Notes: generated by a model not told the origin, from the letters alone. A DNA stretch of 16,972 nucleotides from a bacterium (GCA_043818275.1 JBDRFY010000088.1:1-16972), one strand, 5' to 3'. Shown: positions 1 to 8,468, counted from the first letter of the stretch. Program-made: numbers and translations.

Positions 1-110
1 GCGCGACATTTATTGTCAAGCCTCGGACGAGCTCCTACCAGCCCTATTAATTTAATGATTTCAAAATTTATATATCGTTACAATAATTTGATATAATGTA
101 CAACATACAA

Positions 111-323
111 GCCTCGGGTTTTAACCCGTGGTATTGATAAAGAATATATTGCCACCCCATTTTATGGCGGTGGCAGAAATTAAAAAAAATCTTTTAGCAC
201 CAAAAGGGCACTAATTATTTGGGTTTATTTGTAACCACGGGTTAAAACCCAGCCTGTCCGCAGAAGCGCCGCTATTTGCGGTACGCAGGCTGAAGGCTAA
301 TAACGTTAGTCCCTAACGGGACT
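111..323. repeat. Cluster of REP-like palindromes (BIME/REPIN-like)
   Basis: 116-132 (gggttttaacccgtggt) is the exact reverse complement of 234-250. Additional hairpins at 150-175 (tgccacc/ggtggca), 251-291 (agcctg...caggct) and 308-323 (agtccc-taac-gggact). A related copy lies at 3291-3331. Confidence 0.75.
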
Positions 324-431
324 TGCCAAATAAAATGCAAAATTTAATTTACAATGTTTTGCGTAACATCAGCTACAATTCAAGACTTAAAACTATAAAT
401 TTCAAAGTTCGCATCTTAAAAATTTAACCCA

Positions 432-1328
432 CTAAAAAATTATGAAATAAATTAATAACGCCAATGGCAACAACATATAAAAACCTAAATACCACAATTT
501 TTGTTTTTTCGCCAAATAATATGAAAGATACAAAGTTAAATAAGCTAAAATTGTTGCGATGAAAAAGGTTATGCCAACTTTAAAGTTAAACAAACGCATT
601 AAACTTTTCGTGTCGAACAATAATTTAAAACTTGCACTTGAAAATGCCGCGACTATTAACGGAAATTGCATTAAAAATGTAAACTGAAAAGATCTGCGGA
701 CACTAACACCCATCCATCTGGATGCGACATATGTGGAACCAAATCGTGAAATACCTGGCAGAAAAGAAATTGACTGAATAATGCCAAGAATTATTACCTT
801 TTTATAATCCAGATTTTTAATCAAATTTTTTTTCGAAATAAAATACAGAGAAAACAAAAGAATCGCTGTAATTGCAAAATTTAAAAGCATAAATATTTCA
901 CTTTTAAAAAAATCAAACTGTTTTAAATTCCACTTGTCCGCCAAAGCTTTAGCGACGGCTGGAAAAATAAAATAAGAAAAAACAGTTATTGCTGTTGTAA
1001 TAAAAATAAAACTGCAAATTTTAAAAAATACCCGCAGCAGCTTTTTATAACTATCAGTCCAGCTATCAGCAGAAAAAGAAAAATTCTTAAACAAAAACTT
1101 GAATAGTTCAAACCATTCTTTTCTAAAAAATAACAATAAAACCAAAATTGTCGGGCCATGTAAAAAATGATCGAAAAAATCCGGCAAATCAGCAACTGTT
1201 GGACTTTTCCCAAAAGACTGCAAAATTTTTTCAAGTAAAACCAGATGCCCCGAACTACTAATTGGCAAAGACTCCAAAACAACCTGACAAAAAATCATCA
1301 GATAAAGACCGCGAATTACACCCTTCAT
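432..1328 (-). CDS. uppP: Undecaprenyl-diphosphate phosphatase (BacA/UppP)
   Basis: Polytopic membrane protein with both BacA motifs, ESLPISSSGH and GIIQSISFLPGISRFGST. Confidence 0.93.
   Translation of the reverse strand: MKGVIRGLYLMIFCQVVLESLPISSSGHLVLLEKILQSFGKSPTVADLPDFFDHFLHGPTILVLLLFFRKEWFELFKFLFKNFSFSADSWTDSYKKLLRVFFKICSFIFITTAITVFSYFIFPAVAKALADKWNLKQFDFFKSEIFMLLNFAITAILLFSLYFISKKNLIKNLDYKKVIILGIIQSISFLPGISRFGSTYVASRWMGVSVRRSFQFTFLMQFPLIVAAFSSASFKLLFDTKSLMRLFNFKVGITFFIATILAYLTLYLSYYLAKKQKLWYLGFYMLLPLALLIYFIIF
933..962 (-). mobile_element. 30-nt palindromic element inserted in frame in uppP (encodes PAVAKALADK)
   Basis: Minus strand ccagccgtcgctaaagctttggcggacaag is 24/30 identical, ungapped, to the intergenic insertion at 6898-6927. 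It is a GC-rich patch in an AT-rich gene and covers exactly codons 123-132. Confidence 0.8.
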
Positions 1329-1491
1329 AAAAACCCTTTTGAAAAAAAATATAAAAAATTATTTTTCTTATTTTAACCTTTTAAAAAGGCAAAACTCAAT
1401 CTTTAATAAACTACATAAAAAATTTAAATTGAAAAAAATATAAAAAAATGCTATCAAAAGAGATGTTTGAAATTGATCCAATTTTTTAAAA

Positions 1492-1525
1492 AACTCTTGA
1501 TATATATTTCTAGGCCGGTTAACAT
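1492..1525 (+). promoter_or_regulatory. Sigma70-type promoter for beta-barrel paralog 1
   Basis: TTGATA (1497-1502), 17-nt spacer, TAACAT (1520-1525). The same boxes, spacing and upstream AACTC recur at 5045-5078. Confidence 0.65.
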
Positions 1526-1792
1526 GTACCCATAGACACTTGGCTGAGGCTTGTAACTGCCGTTTCACGGCGAGAGTTTAAAAGGAGGACAATTTAAATC
1601 ATTAATTTAAGGTGTAGTAAGTGAAAAAAGTTTTAAAAAAAGAAAGGAGGGACAAAAAAGGATTCCAGACAAATTTAAATTTTCATTTCATAGAGAAATC
1701 CAAACTCTTGTTCTTTTAAAAAAAAGATTGTAAAAAATTTTGTGTGGTTTTTGTGTGTTTTGGTTAAACCCTATATTTATGGAGAGCAAAAG

Positions 1793-3187
1793 ATGAAAAA
1801 TATTTTGAAAGCTCTTGCTTTTGCAACATTAGTTGCAGTAACAGCAAATGCATCAACAGATAAAACATTCTTGCAAGTTCGTCCTCATGGCGTCAACCTT
1901 GCAATGGAATCAACAACCTGGAGAGATTTACTTATCACAGAAAAAGAAGATGAATTCGGAGCGCATTTTCAGGTAACCCCATTCTACATGGATTCAGATG
2001 AAAGTTCAGATCTTGGAAGATATTTCGGTATTAACAATAAAAACGTATTCGAACTTTCTACTTTAGCGCCAACCCTAGATTTTAATATCAAATACATCAA
2101 CGTTGCTTTCACCCATCAAAATACAGTCACTTACAGCCCTGAACAAACAGCCTGGGGCGTAAGAATTGATTATTATCAAAGTCTGGACAAAGTATTGAAA
2201 GGATTATTCTTCAAAGTTTGTCTTCCAATTGTCAATGTTGATAATGACATGCATCTTAAAGTCGTATCAACTGACGCAACTGAACAAACAAATCTTATCA
2301 ACTACTACAAAGGTGATTTTTCTTCAACCACTACCGAAGCGCTTAAATATGCAAAAATAAATGGCGGTCAGAGCGACACAGAAGTCGCGGATATCGACAT
2401 CGTTTTAGGTTATAAAATTGTCCGCAAAGAAAAAGTAAAATTCGGCGTAAACATCGGACTTACAATTCCAACCGGAAACGATGCTGATGGCGTCTGGGTA
2501 TTTGAACCAATTTCAGGAAATAATGAACACTGGGGACTTGGCGCGGGATTAGACCTTTGCGCAAAAGTCTGGGAAGATGGCAAACAATATTTCCGAATTG
2601 ATTTGGTCGCAAATTACAGATATTTGTTTGAAAGTTCCGAAGACAGAACTTTAAGAGTTCGTGATGATTTAGCCGCAAATAAACTTGGCGGTGGATCTTG
2701 GAGATATTCGCAATACAGATTGGTTGGACAAGGAACAGCCGGACAAGCACCAACAGCAGGAACAATCAAACCACTGGCAAACATTTCAACATTAAATGTT
2801 GATGTTGAACCAGGAAGTCAACTTGACGCAATTCTTGGCGTTGCTTACGCTAACGGCGGATTCAGCATCGATCTTGGATACAACTTGTTCTGGAAAGAAC
2901 GCGAAGATGTAGATAAAAAAGCTGATCTTCCAGTAAATTATTTCTTGCTTAATACAACTGGAGATATCATCACTAACGCAGAAGCGCTTGTAACAGCTGA
3001 TCTTGATTTCGGTTCAGCGGAAACACCTTCATATTTGACACACAAAATTTACGGCGGACTTGGATATATCTTCAAAGAATGGGATACACCATTAATGCTT
3101 GGCATTGGCGCACAATATGAATTCGCTTCAGACAACGAAGAAATTGAAGGATGGGGAATCTGGGGTAAACTCGGCATCAAGTTTTAA
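1793..3187 (+). CDS. Outer-membrane beta-barrel protein, paralog 1 (COG4313/SphA-like motifs)
   Basis: Start moved from 1742 to ATG 1793, which follows a GGAG RBS at 1781 and begins a signal peptide (MKNILKALAFATLVAVTANA). Alternating beta-strand pattern, ADIDIVLGY and LTIPTG motifs, terminal aromatic beta-signal (WGKLGIKF). Confidence 0.8.
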   Translation: MKNILKALAFATLVAVTANASTDKTFLQVRPHGVNLAMESTTWRDLLITEKEDEFGAHFQVTPFYMDSDESSDLGRYFGINNKNVFELSTLAPTLDFNIKYINVAFTHQNTVTYSPEQTAWGVRIDYYQSLDKVLKGLFFKVCLPIVNVDNDMHLKVVSTDATEQTNLINYYKGDFSSTTTEALKYAKINGGQSDTEVADIDIVLGYKIVRKEKVKFGVNIGLTIPTGNDADGVWVFEPISGNNEHWGLGAGLDLCAKVWEDGKQYFRIDLVANYRYLFESSEDRTLRVRDDLAANKLGGGSWRYSQYRLVGQGTAGQAPTAGTIKPLANISTLNVDVEPGSQLDAILGVAYANGGFSIDLGYNLFWKEREDVDKKADLPVNYFLLNTTGDIITNAEALVTADLDFGSAETPSYLTHKIYGGLGYIFKEWDTPLMLGIGAQYEFASDNEEIEGWGIWGKLGIKF

Positions 3188-3217
3188 TTAACTTTACTTA
3201 GATTTCACTTCACAAAT

Positions 3218-3265
3218 AAAAAAAAGCGCCCGCCCCGAGTTAGTCGAGGGGCGGGCGCTTTTTTT
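3218..3265. terminator. Bidirectional intrinsic terminator after paralog 1
   Basis: A8, gcgcccgcccc (3226-3236), 11-nt loop, ggggcgggcgc (3248-3258), T7. Confidence 0.9.
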
Positions 3266-3290
3266 ATTTCATTTATTTTTTCATTACAAC

Positions 3291-3331
3291 ACCACGGGTT
3301 ACGCCTTAACGGCTTCACCCGAGGCTAATAA
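3291..3331. repeat. REP-like repeat, same family as 111-132/234-303, with an expanded loop
   Basis: accacgggtt[acgccttaacggctt]cacccgaggctaataa compared with the consensus accacgggttaaaacccgaggctaataa. Confidence 0.7.
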
Positions 3332-3469
3332 AAATCCGCCAATTTCATGGGCTTGTTTAAAAAATAATTACTTTATAAATGCTAATCTATTTTTATCCAC
3401 AACCTTTTGGTAAACTCAATTTTATTAAAAAAATGTTTTGATAAAAAAGGAATACACAAGGAATAAATA

Positions 3470-5017
3470 ATGAAAAAATTACCAATCGGCATTCAAACGT
3501 TTGAAGAAATTATAAACAACAATTATTTGTATGTTGATAAAACAAAACAAATTTATGATGTAATAAATTCAGGCAAAGCATTTTTTATTTCCCGCCCGCG
3601 AAGATTTGGAAAATCGTTGCTTTGTTCCACATTGGAAGAAATTTTTAAGGGGAATAAGGAATTATTCAAAGGCTTATGGATTTATGATTCCGATTATAAA
3701 TGGGATGAGCATCCTGTAATCAGAATTGATATGTCATCTCTTGTAACAGATTCACCTGAAGAATTTAAGGAAAGTTTGAATCGTAACATTAAAAATCTCG
3801 CGTCAAAACATGGAATAAAAATTGATAACATTTCACATCCAAAAGACCGAATTAAATATCTCATAGAAGAATTATCAAAAAAAAATAAAATCGTAATTAT
3901 TATTGACGAATATGACAAGCCTATTCTTGACAATATTTCAGATCCAACTGTTGCTGCAAAAATTCGCTCAATTTTACGCGGTTTTTATTCAACATTTAAA
4001 GAATCTGATCAATATTTAAAATTTGTATTTTTAACTGGGGTTACAAGATTTTCAAAAATTTCTATTTTTTCCGGTTTAAATAATTTATATGATTTAACAT
4101 TTGAAAAAGAAGCTGAAACTTTGCTTGGATACACACAAAAAGAAGTTGACTTTTATTTTGAAGAACGAATAAAACAATTTGCTTCAGAACAAAAAACTTC
4201 AAAAACGCAAATCCTTTTACAATTAAAGGATTGGTACAACGGATATAGCTTTTTTGACGGAGAAAAAAAAGTCTATAACCCTTTTTCTATTTTATTAGCA
4301 TTAAAATCATTTAATTTTAGAAATTATTGGTTTGAAACTGGAACTCCAACGTTTCTTCTCGATTTAATAAAAGAAAAAGGGTTTGATCACATGGATCCAA
4401 AATCTTTTGAGGCGACAGAAATTGATCTAAGCAATTTTGAAATCGAAACTTTACCGGTAAAAACAACTCTTTTTCAAACAGGTTATCTGACAATAATCGG
4501 TTTTAATCAGGAACGTCGCAGATATTATTTGGATTATCCAAATTTTGAAGTTAAAGAATCATTTCTGGAACTACTTTTATGCTCCATGACAACAATTGAA
4601 CAGGTTGCGGTTGATGATACTTTTCACGATTTGGCCAATGCGTTAAAAAATAATAATCTTGAAGAATTTATTTCTGTGTTGAAAAATTTTTATTCGCAAA
4701 TTCCTTACACTATTCAAAACACAAATGAAAAATATTATCAATCGATTTTTTTTATAATTTTACGGCTTTTGGGAATAAAAGTTGAAGTTGAAATAACAAC
4801 AAATATGGGTCGAATTGACGCGCTTGTAACGGTAAAGAATAATCTTTATATTTTTGAATTCAAAATAAATCAGGACGCAAAAAAAGCTTTGCTACAAATT
4901 ATGGATAAAAAATACTACGAAGGCTATTTAAAAAGAAACAAAATAATCAATTTGGTAGGTATTAATTTTGATACAAAACAGAAAAATATTGCAAATTGGG
5001 AACACAAAAAATTATAG
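3470..5017 (+). CDS. AAA-ATPase-like protein with C-terminal PD-(D/E)XK nuclease domain (PF09820 + PF08011 type)
   Basis: N-terminal KKLPIGIQTF, Walker A SRPRRFGKS, Walker B IIIDEYD, WYNGY and NYWFETGTP motifs, C-terminal GRID...IFEFK...ALLQI..KKY. Confidence 0.92.
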   Translation: MKKLPIGIQTFEEIINNNYLYVDKTKQIYDVINSGKAFFISRPRRFGKSLLCSTLEEIFKGNKELFKGLWIYDSDYKWDEHPVIRIDMSSLVTDSPEEFKESLNRNIKNLASKHGIKIDNISHPKDRIKYLIEELSKKNKIVIIIDEYDKPILDNISDPTVAAKIRSILRGFYSTFKESDQYLKFVFLTGVTRFSKISIFSGLNNLYDLTFEKEAETLLGYTQKEVDFYFEERIKQFASEQKTSKTQILLQLKDWYNGYSFFDGEKKVYNPFSILLALKSFNFRNYWFETGTPTFLLDLIKEKGFDHMDPKSFEATEIDLSNFEIETLPVKTTLFQTGYLTIIGFNQERRRYYLDYPNFEVKESFLELLLCSMTTIEQVAVDDTFHDLANALKNNNLEEFISVLKNFYSQIPYTIQNTNEKYYQSIFFIILRLLGIKVEVEITTNMGRIDALVTVKNNLYIFEFKINQDAKKALLQIMDKKYYEGYLKRNKIINLVGINFDTKQKNIANWEHKKL

Positions 5018-5044
5018 TTCTTTTTGTTGACCCATAAAAAAGTT

Positions 5045-5078
5045 AACTCTTGATATTTGACCCGCTCTCGTATAACAT
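5045..5078 (+). promoter_or_regulatory. Sigma70-type promoter for beta-barrel paralog 2
   Basis: AACTC, TTGATA (5050-5055), 17-nt spacer, TAACAT (5073-5078); same architecture as 1492-1525. Confidence 0.65.
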
Positions 5079-5178
5079 CAGAAAACGATGGTTCTTGATA
5101 TGACATCAAGTTACTCAAAAATAAAAAAGGAAAAGTATAGTTCTTTGTTGTATAACAAAAACGTAAGGAGAAAGGTTC

Positions 5179-6702
5179 ATGAAAAAAATCATCAAACTGT
5201 TTTTATTATCTTCTATGATAAGCGCAAATGTTGCGTTCGCAATTTCAGATAAACACATTCAAAAAAACTTTTTGCTACCCCGCGATCAAATTTCAAATCT
5301 CGCCCTCAAAGATGTTAGCTGGAATTATTTTGTAAACAAAAAACCGGATGGAAGATATTCCGGAACATTTCAAATCGTTCCATTTTATCAAAAATCAACC
5401 GCCAAAAATTCACTCGGCCACTATTTTGGTTTTGTAAATGATGTTGATAAATCAAAAGCTCCTGTTTATGAAAATGTCATTGGCGCAAAACAAGAACATG
5501 GCAACGACAAAGATTATTTATTGCTTCCAGGCGATATAATTCACAATAATGCAGACGCAACAGGCGCAGGACTTCTTGTTGGCAAATTTAATTTCAGACC
5601 ATATCAGGAAATCTGGGGAGCAAGATTAGACTGGCACCAGGATCTTGATGAACTGATAAATGGATTATTTTTTGAAATCAGCACAGTTCCGGTAAGTGTT
5701 AAAAACAACATGAATTTAACGGATATTGGCACACAACATGTTCAAGCTGTTAATGGTGTAGACGTAACATTTCGGGATTATTTTTTAGGCAACATTTCAA
5801 ATTCAAATGAAAGCAACATACAGGAAGAATTAAAATATTCAAGAATGGGCGGCAGTCATACAACCGGCGGCTTTGCTGATGTTGAATTCGATCTTGGATA
5901 TCATCTTTTCTATAAACCTCACTTCCGTCTTTCGTTTGAAGGCAAAGTTTTAGTTCCAACAGGAAATCAGCCAAAAGCGATTGACCGTTTTGAACCAATT
6001 TACGGTTCGGCGGATCACTGGGCAATTGGCGGAGCAATTGATACTGACTTAATTTTCTGGAAAACAAAAATGGATGAAAAACATATTTTGCTCCATTTAG
6101 TCGCGGATTATAAATATTATTTTAAAGCGGCAGAAAAACGCACTCCAACATTTAAAAACACAGCTGGCGTCAGCAAACTTGAACATATTTATATGCTTGG
6201 CGGACAAACTGGATATAGAAAAGTTTTCCCGCTCGCAAACGTGTTGACTCAGGATTTATATATTGAACCAGGAAGTCAGTTCGAACTTTTAGCTTCTTTG
6301 AATTTTAAATGGAACAGATGGTTTCTGGATCTTGGATATAATTTATTTTCCAGAGAATCTGAAGCGGTTGAATTCAAGCATGCGTGGAATAATTATCAAT
6401 ATGCTGTAGCAAAATATGATTACGATACTCATACGCATGATTTTGATGCTTTAGATACAAATGCAGCACACAATTATGGAGTCAGAGACGGTTTCGCGGC
6501 AATTAAAGATTCCGATATCGATCTTGATTCAGTAAAACAACCAAGTCAGTTAACGCATACATTTTATGCTGGATTTGCTTACGAATGCAAAAGATTCAAA
6601 TACCCTGTCATGTTTGGACTTGGCGGACATTATGAAATTGCAAGTTCAAACGCGTCACTTGAAAATTGGGGATTATATTTAAAAGGCAGTTTGGCATACT
6701 AA
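5179..6702 (+). CDS. Outer-membrane beta-barrel protein, paralog 2
   Basis: AAGGAG RBS and signal peptide. Shares blocks with paralogs 1 and 3 (FQIVPFY, QEIWGARLD, ADVEFDLGY, VPTG, EPGSQ, DLGYNLF, PSQLTH). Ends in YLKGSLAY. Confidence 0.8.
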   Translation: MKKIIKLFLLSSMISANVAFAISDKHIQKNFLLPRDQISNLALKDVSWNYFVNKKPDGRYSGTFQIVPFYQKSTAKNSLGHYFGFVNDVDKSKAPVYENVIGAKQEHGNDKDYLLLPGDIIHNNADATGAGLLVGKFNFRPYQEIWGARLDWHQDLDELINGLFFEISTVPVSVKNNMNLTDIGTQHVQAVNGVDVTFRDYFLGNISNSNESNIQEELKYSRMGGSHTTGGFADVEFDLGYHLFYKPHFRLSFEGKVLVPTGNQPKAIDRFEPIYGSADHWAIGGAIDTDLIFWKTKMDEKHILLHLVADYKYYFKAAEKRTPTFKNTAGVSKLEHIYMLGGQTGYRKVFPLANVLTQDLYIEPGSQFELLASLNFKWNRWFLDLGYNLFSRESEAVEFKHAWNNYQYAVAKYDYDTHTHDFDALDTNAAHNYGVRDGFAAIKDSDIDLDSVKQPSQLTHTFYAGFAYECKRFKYPVMFGLGGHYEIASSNASLENWGLYLKGSLAY

Positions 6703-6756
6703 ATAAATTTAGATCTTTTGAAATTTTTGATTATTAAACTCAAATAAGCAAACTCT

Positions 6757-7017
6757 TCTTGTCATCCTGATACTGAAACAAGTTCAGCATGACAAATAAG
6801 GATCCATGTTTGAAATCTTGTTTAAGCTTATAATTGTTTGAAAATAAATTTATAAAATTTTTTTAAGCTTAAGTGAATGTGGATCCTGAAACAAGTTCCA
6901 ACCTACGCTAAAGCTTCGGCCGACACGCAGGATGACAAAGAAGGATAAATTTATTTTGTCACTCTGAACCCTGAACCGAACTCGATTCAGGCGTGTTTCA
7001 GCATCAGGATGACAAAA
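6757..7017. repeat. Nested REP-like cluster of the gtcatcctgaacttgtttcaggatc family
   Basis: Composite copies at 6759-6806, 6880-6938 and 6954-7015. 6759-6799 and 6951-7015 are inverted copies of each other apart from an extra insert at 6970-6992. Confidence 0.8.
6898..6927 (+). mobile_element. 30-nt palindromic element inserted into a REP-like repeat
   Basis: Removing ccaacctacgctaaagcttcggccgacacg restores ggatcctgaaacaagttcaggatgac; the neighbouring intact copy at 6769-6793 reads gatactgaaacaagttcagcatgac. Confidence 0.8.
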
Positions 7018-7091
7018 GAGGTAAATAATTAATTTAAAAAGTCATAAATTTAAACAGGAAACCAACAAAAAACCAAAGAGGAGAAAGAAGT

Positions 7092-8468
7092 ATGAAACAT
7101 GTTAAAAAGCTTTTTTTGGCAGCCACGATTTTGTGCTGCATTAATTCAGCTAGAGCATATGATCCAAAAACATTTTTTATGCCAAGACCGCACCTTGAAA
7201 ACCTGGCAATGGAATACTCATTGTGGCATGAACACGCGTATCGCCCAGGAATAAATAATTTCCATACCCACATGCAGGTAACACCATTTGCGCAATTTTC
7301 AGATAACGGCAGAGACATCGGCAAATATTTTGCGCTTGGTAACAAAAATTATTTTACAATAGGTCAAGATAACACATTCGACATGACCTATGACAATTTA
7401 GGATTAGACAACACTGAAGGCAAAGTCACTTTAAGTCCAAAACAGGAAAGCTGGGGAGCAAGATTAGATTTTTTCCAAAATTTCAACATCCCTTTCAAAA
7501 AACTATATCTAAAATTAAGCGCGCCAATTTTTTACGTCAGAAATGATTTGAATGCATTTATAGAAGGAACTGGGGCTAATCGCGATAAAAGCAAAACAAG
7601 TATCAGCACTTTTTTCAGTGGTGGATATGATGGCAAAAGCAATGAGCCAAAACTTGATTACGCAAAAATACCTGGAAGAGGAATTAATAAAACCGGAGTT
7701 GGGGATATTGATGTGGCTCTTGGTTACAAATTTATCGATTCAGAAAAACATCATGTTTTTTTCAACATTGCTCTGACAGGACCTCTCGGAACAAAACCTA
7801 GAGGTGAATATCTTTTCGAACCTGTTTATGGAAATGGAAACCATTTCGCAGCTGGTCTTGGTCTAGACGCTTCATTAAAATTGTGGGAAAACAAAAAACA
7901 TGCTGCAAGAGTTTTGGCTGTCGCAAACTGGAAATATTTATTCGAGGGAAAAGAAACAAGAACTTTGGGATTAAAAATACCCGGACAAAAATTTTGTCAT
8001 TATTACAAATTAGAAAATTCTGATAACACTTCCGCTGCAAATATTTTAACGCAAAACATTTCAGTTCGACCAGGCAACATGCTTGAAGGACTTATAAATT
8101 TTGCGTTCACAAGCAGCAAATTCATAGTTGATCTGGGTTACAACATTTTTGCAAAACAATCTGAATCATTAAATGTCCCTGAAAGCACAATACGGATAGA
8201 AAAAGAGAACGATCTTTATGTCATTGTTACCAAAGATGATTCTTATAACATTGCTAATTTTCAAGAAAGACCAAAAGAAATTGATAAAACTTCAGCCGCC
8301 ACACCATCACAACTGACACACAAAATTTATGCCGGCCTGGGTTATTCTTTTGATGTATATGAAAAATATCCAATGACTTTAGGATTAGGCGGTTCGTATG
8401 AATTTGCCGATTCGAAAAATGAACTTGAACAATACGCATTCTGGTTAAAAGGAATAGTTTCTTTTTAA
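7092..8468 (+). CDS. Outer-membrane beta-barrel protein, paralog 3
   Basis: GAGGAG RBS and signal peptide ending in ARA. Shared blocks NLAME, QVTPF, QESWGARLD, GDIDVALGYK, FEP, DLGYNIF and PSQLTHKIY. Ends in WLKGIVSF. Confidence 0.8.
   Translation: MKHVKKLFLAATILCCINSARAYDPKTFFMPRPHLENLAMEYSLWHEHAYRPGINNFHTHMQVTPFAQFSDNGRDIGKYFALGNKNYFTIGQDNTFDMTYDNLGLDNTEGKVTLSPKQESWGARLDFFQNFNIPFKKLYLKLSAPIFYVRNDLNAFIEGTGANRDKSKTSISTFFSGGYDGKSNEPKLDYAKIPGRGINKTGVGDIDVALGYKFIDSEKHHVFFNIALTGPLGTKPRGEYLFEPVYGNGNHFAAGLGLDASLKLWENKKHAARVLAVANWKYLFEGKETRTLGLKIPGQKFCHYYKLENSDNTSAANILTQNISVRPGNMLEGLINFAFTSSKFIVDLGYNIFAKQSESLNVPESTIRIEKENDLYVIVTKDDSYNIANFQERPKEIDKTSAATPSQLTHKIYAGLGYSFDVYEKYPMTLGLGGSYEFADSKNELEQYAFWLKGIVSF

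Noticed and set aside
357..375. ttttgcgtaacatcagcta as a possible MITE terminal repeat
   Set aside because: No partner end within the window, so it cannot be tested here.
1179..1202. Possible older copy of the 30-nt element in uppP (PTVADLPD)
   Set aside because: Only 18/24 identity with a 3-nt gap and no retained palindrome; cannot be distinguished from chance.
1742..1792. Upstream GTG start for paralog 1
   Set aside because: The RBS and signal peptide fit ATG 1793, and the paralogs start at the equivalent MK.
3393..3401. Perfect DnaA box TTATCCACA
   Set aside because: A single 9-mer is plausible by chance in 17 kb; there is no box cluster or oriC context.
5013..5150. Direct repeat tatagttcttt(tt)gttg at 5013-5029 and 5136-5150
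   Set aside because: Short, T-rich and gapped; it does not flank a recognisable element.
6757..7017. CRISPR array or integron attC cassettes
   Set aside because: The repeats alternate in orientation and are nested, with no regular spacers, cas genes or integrase.
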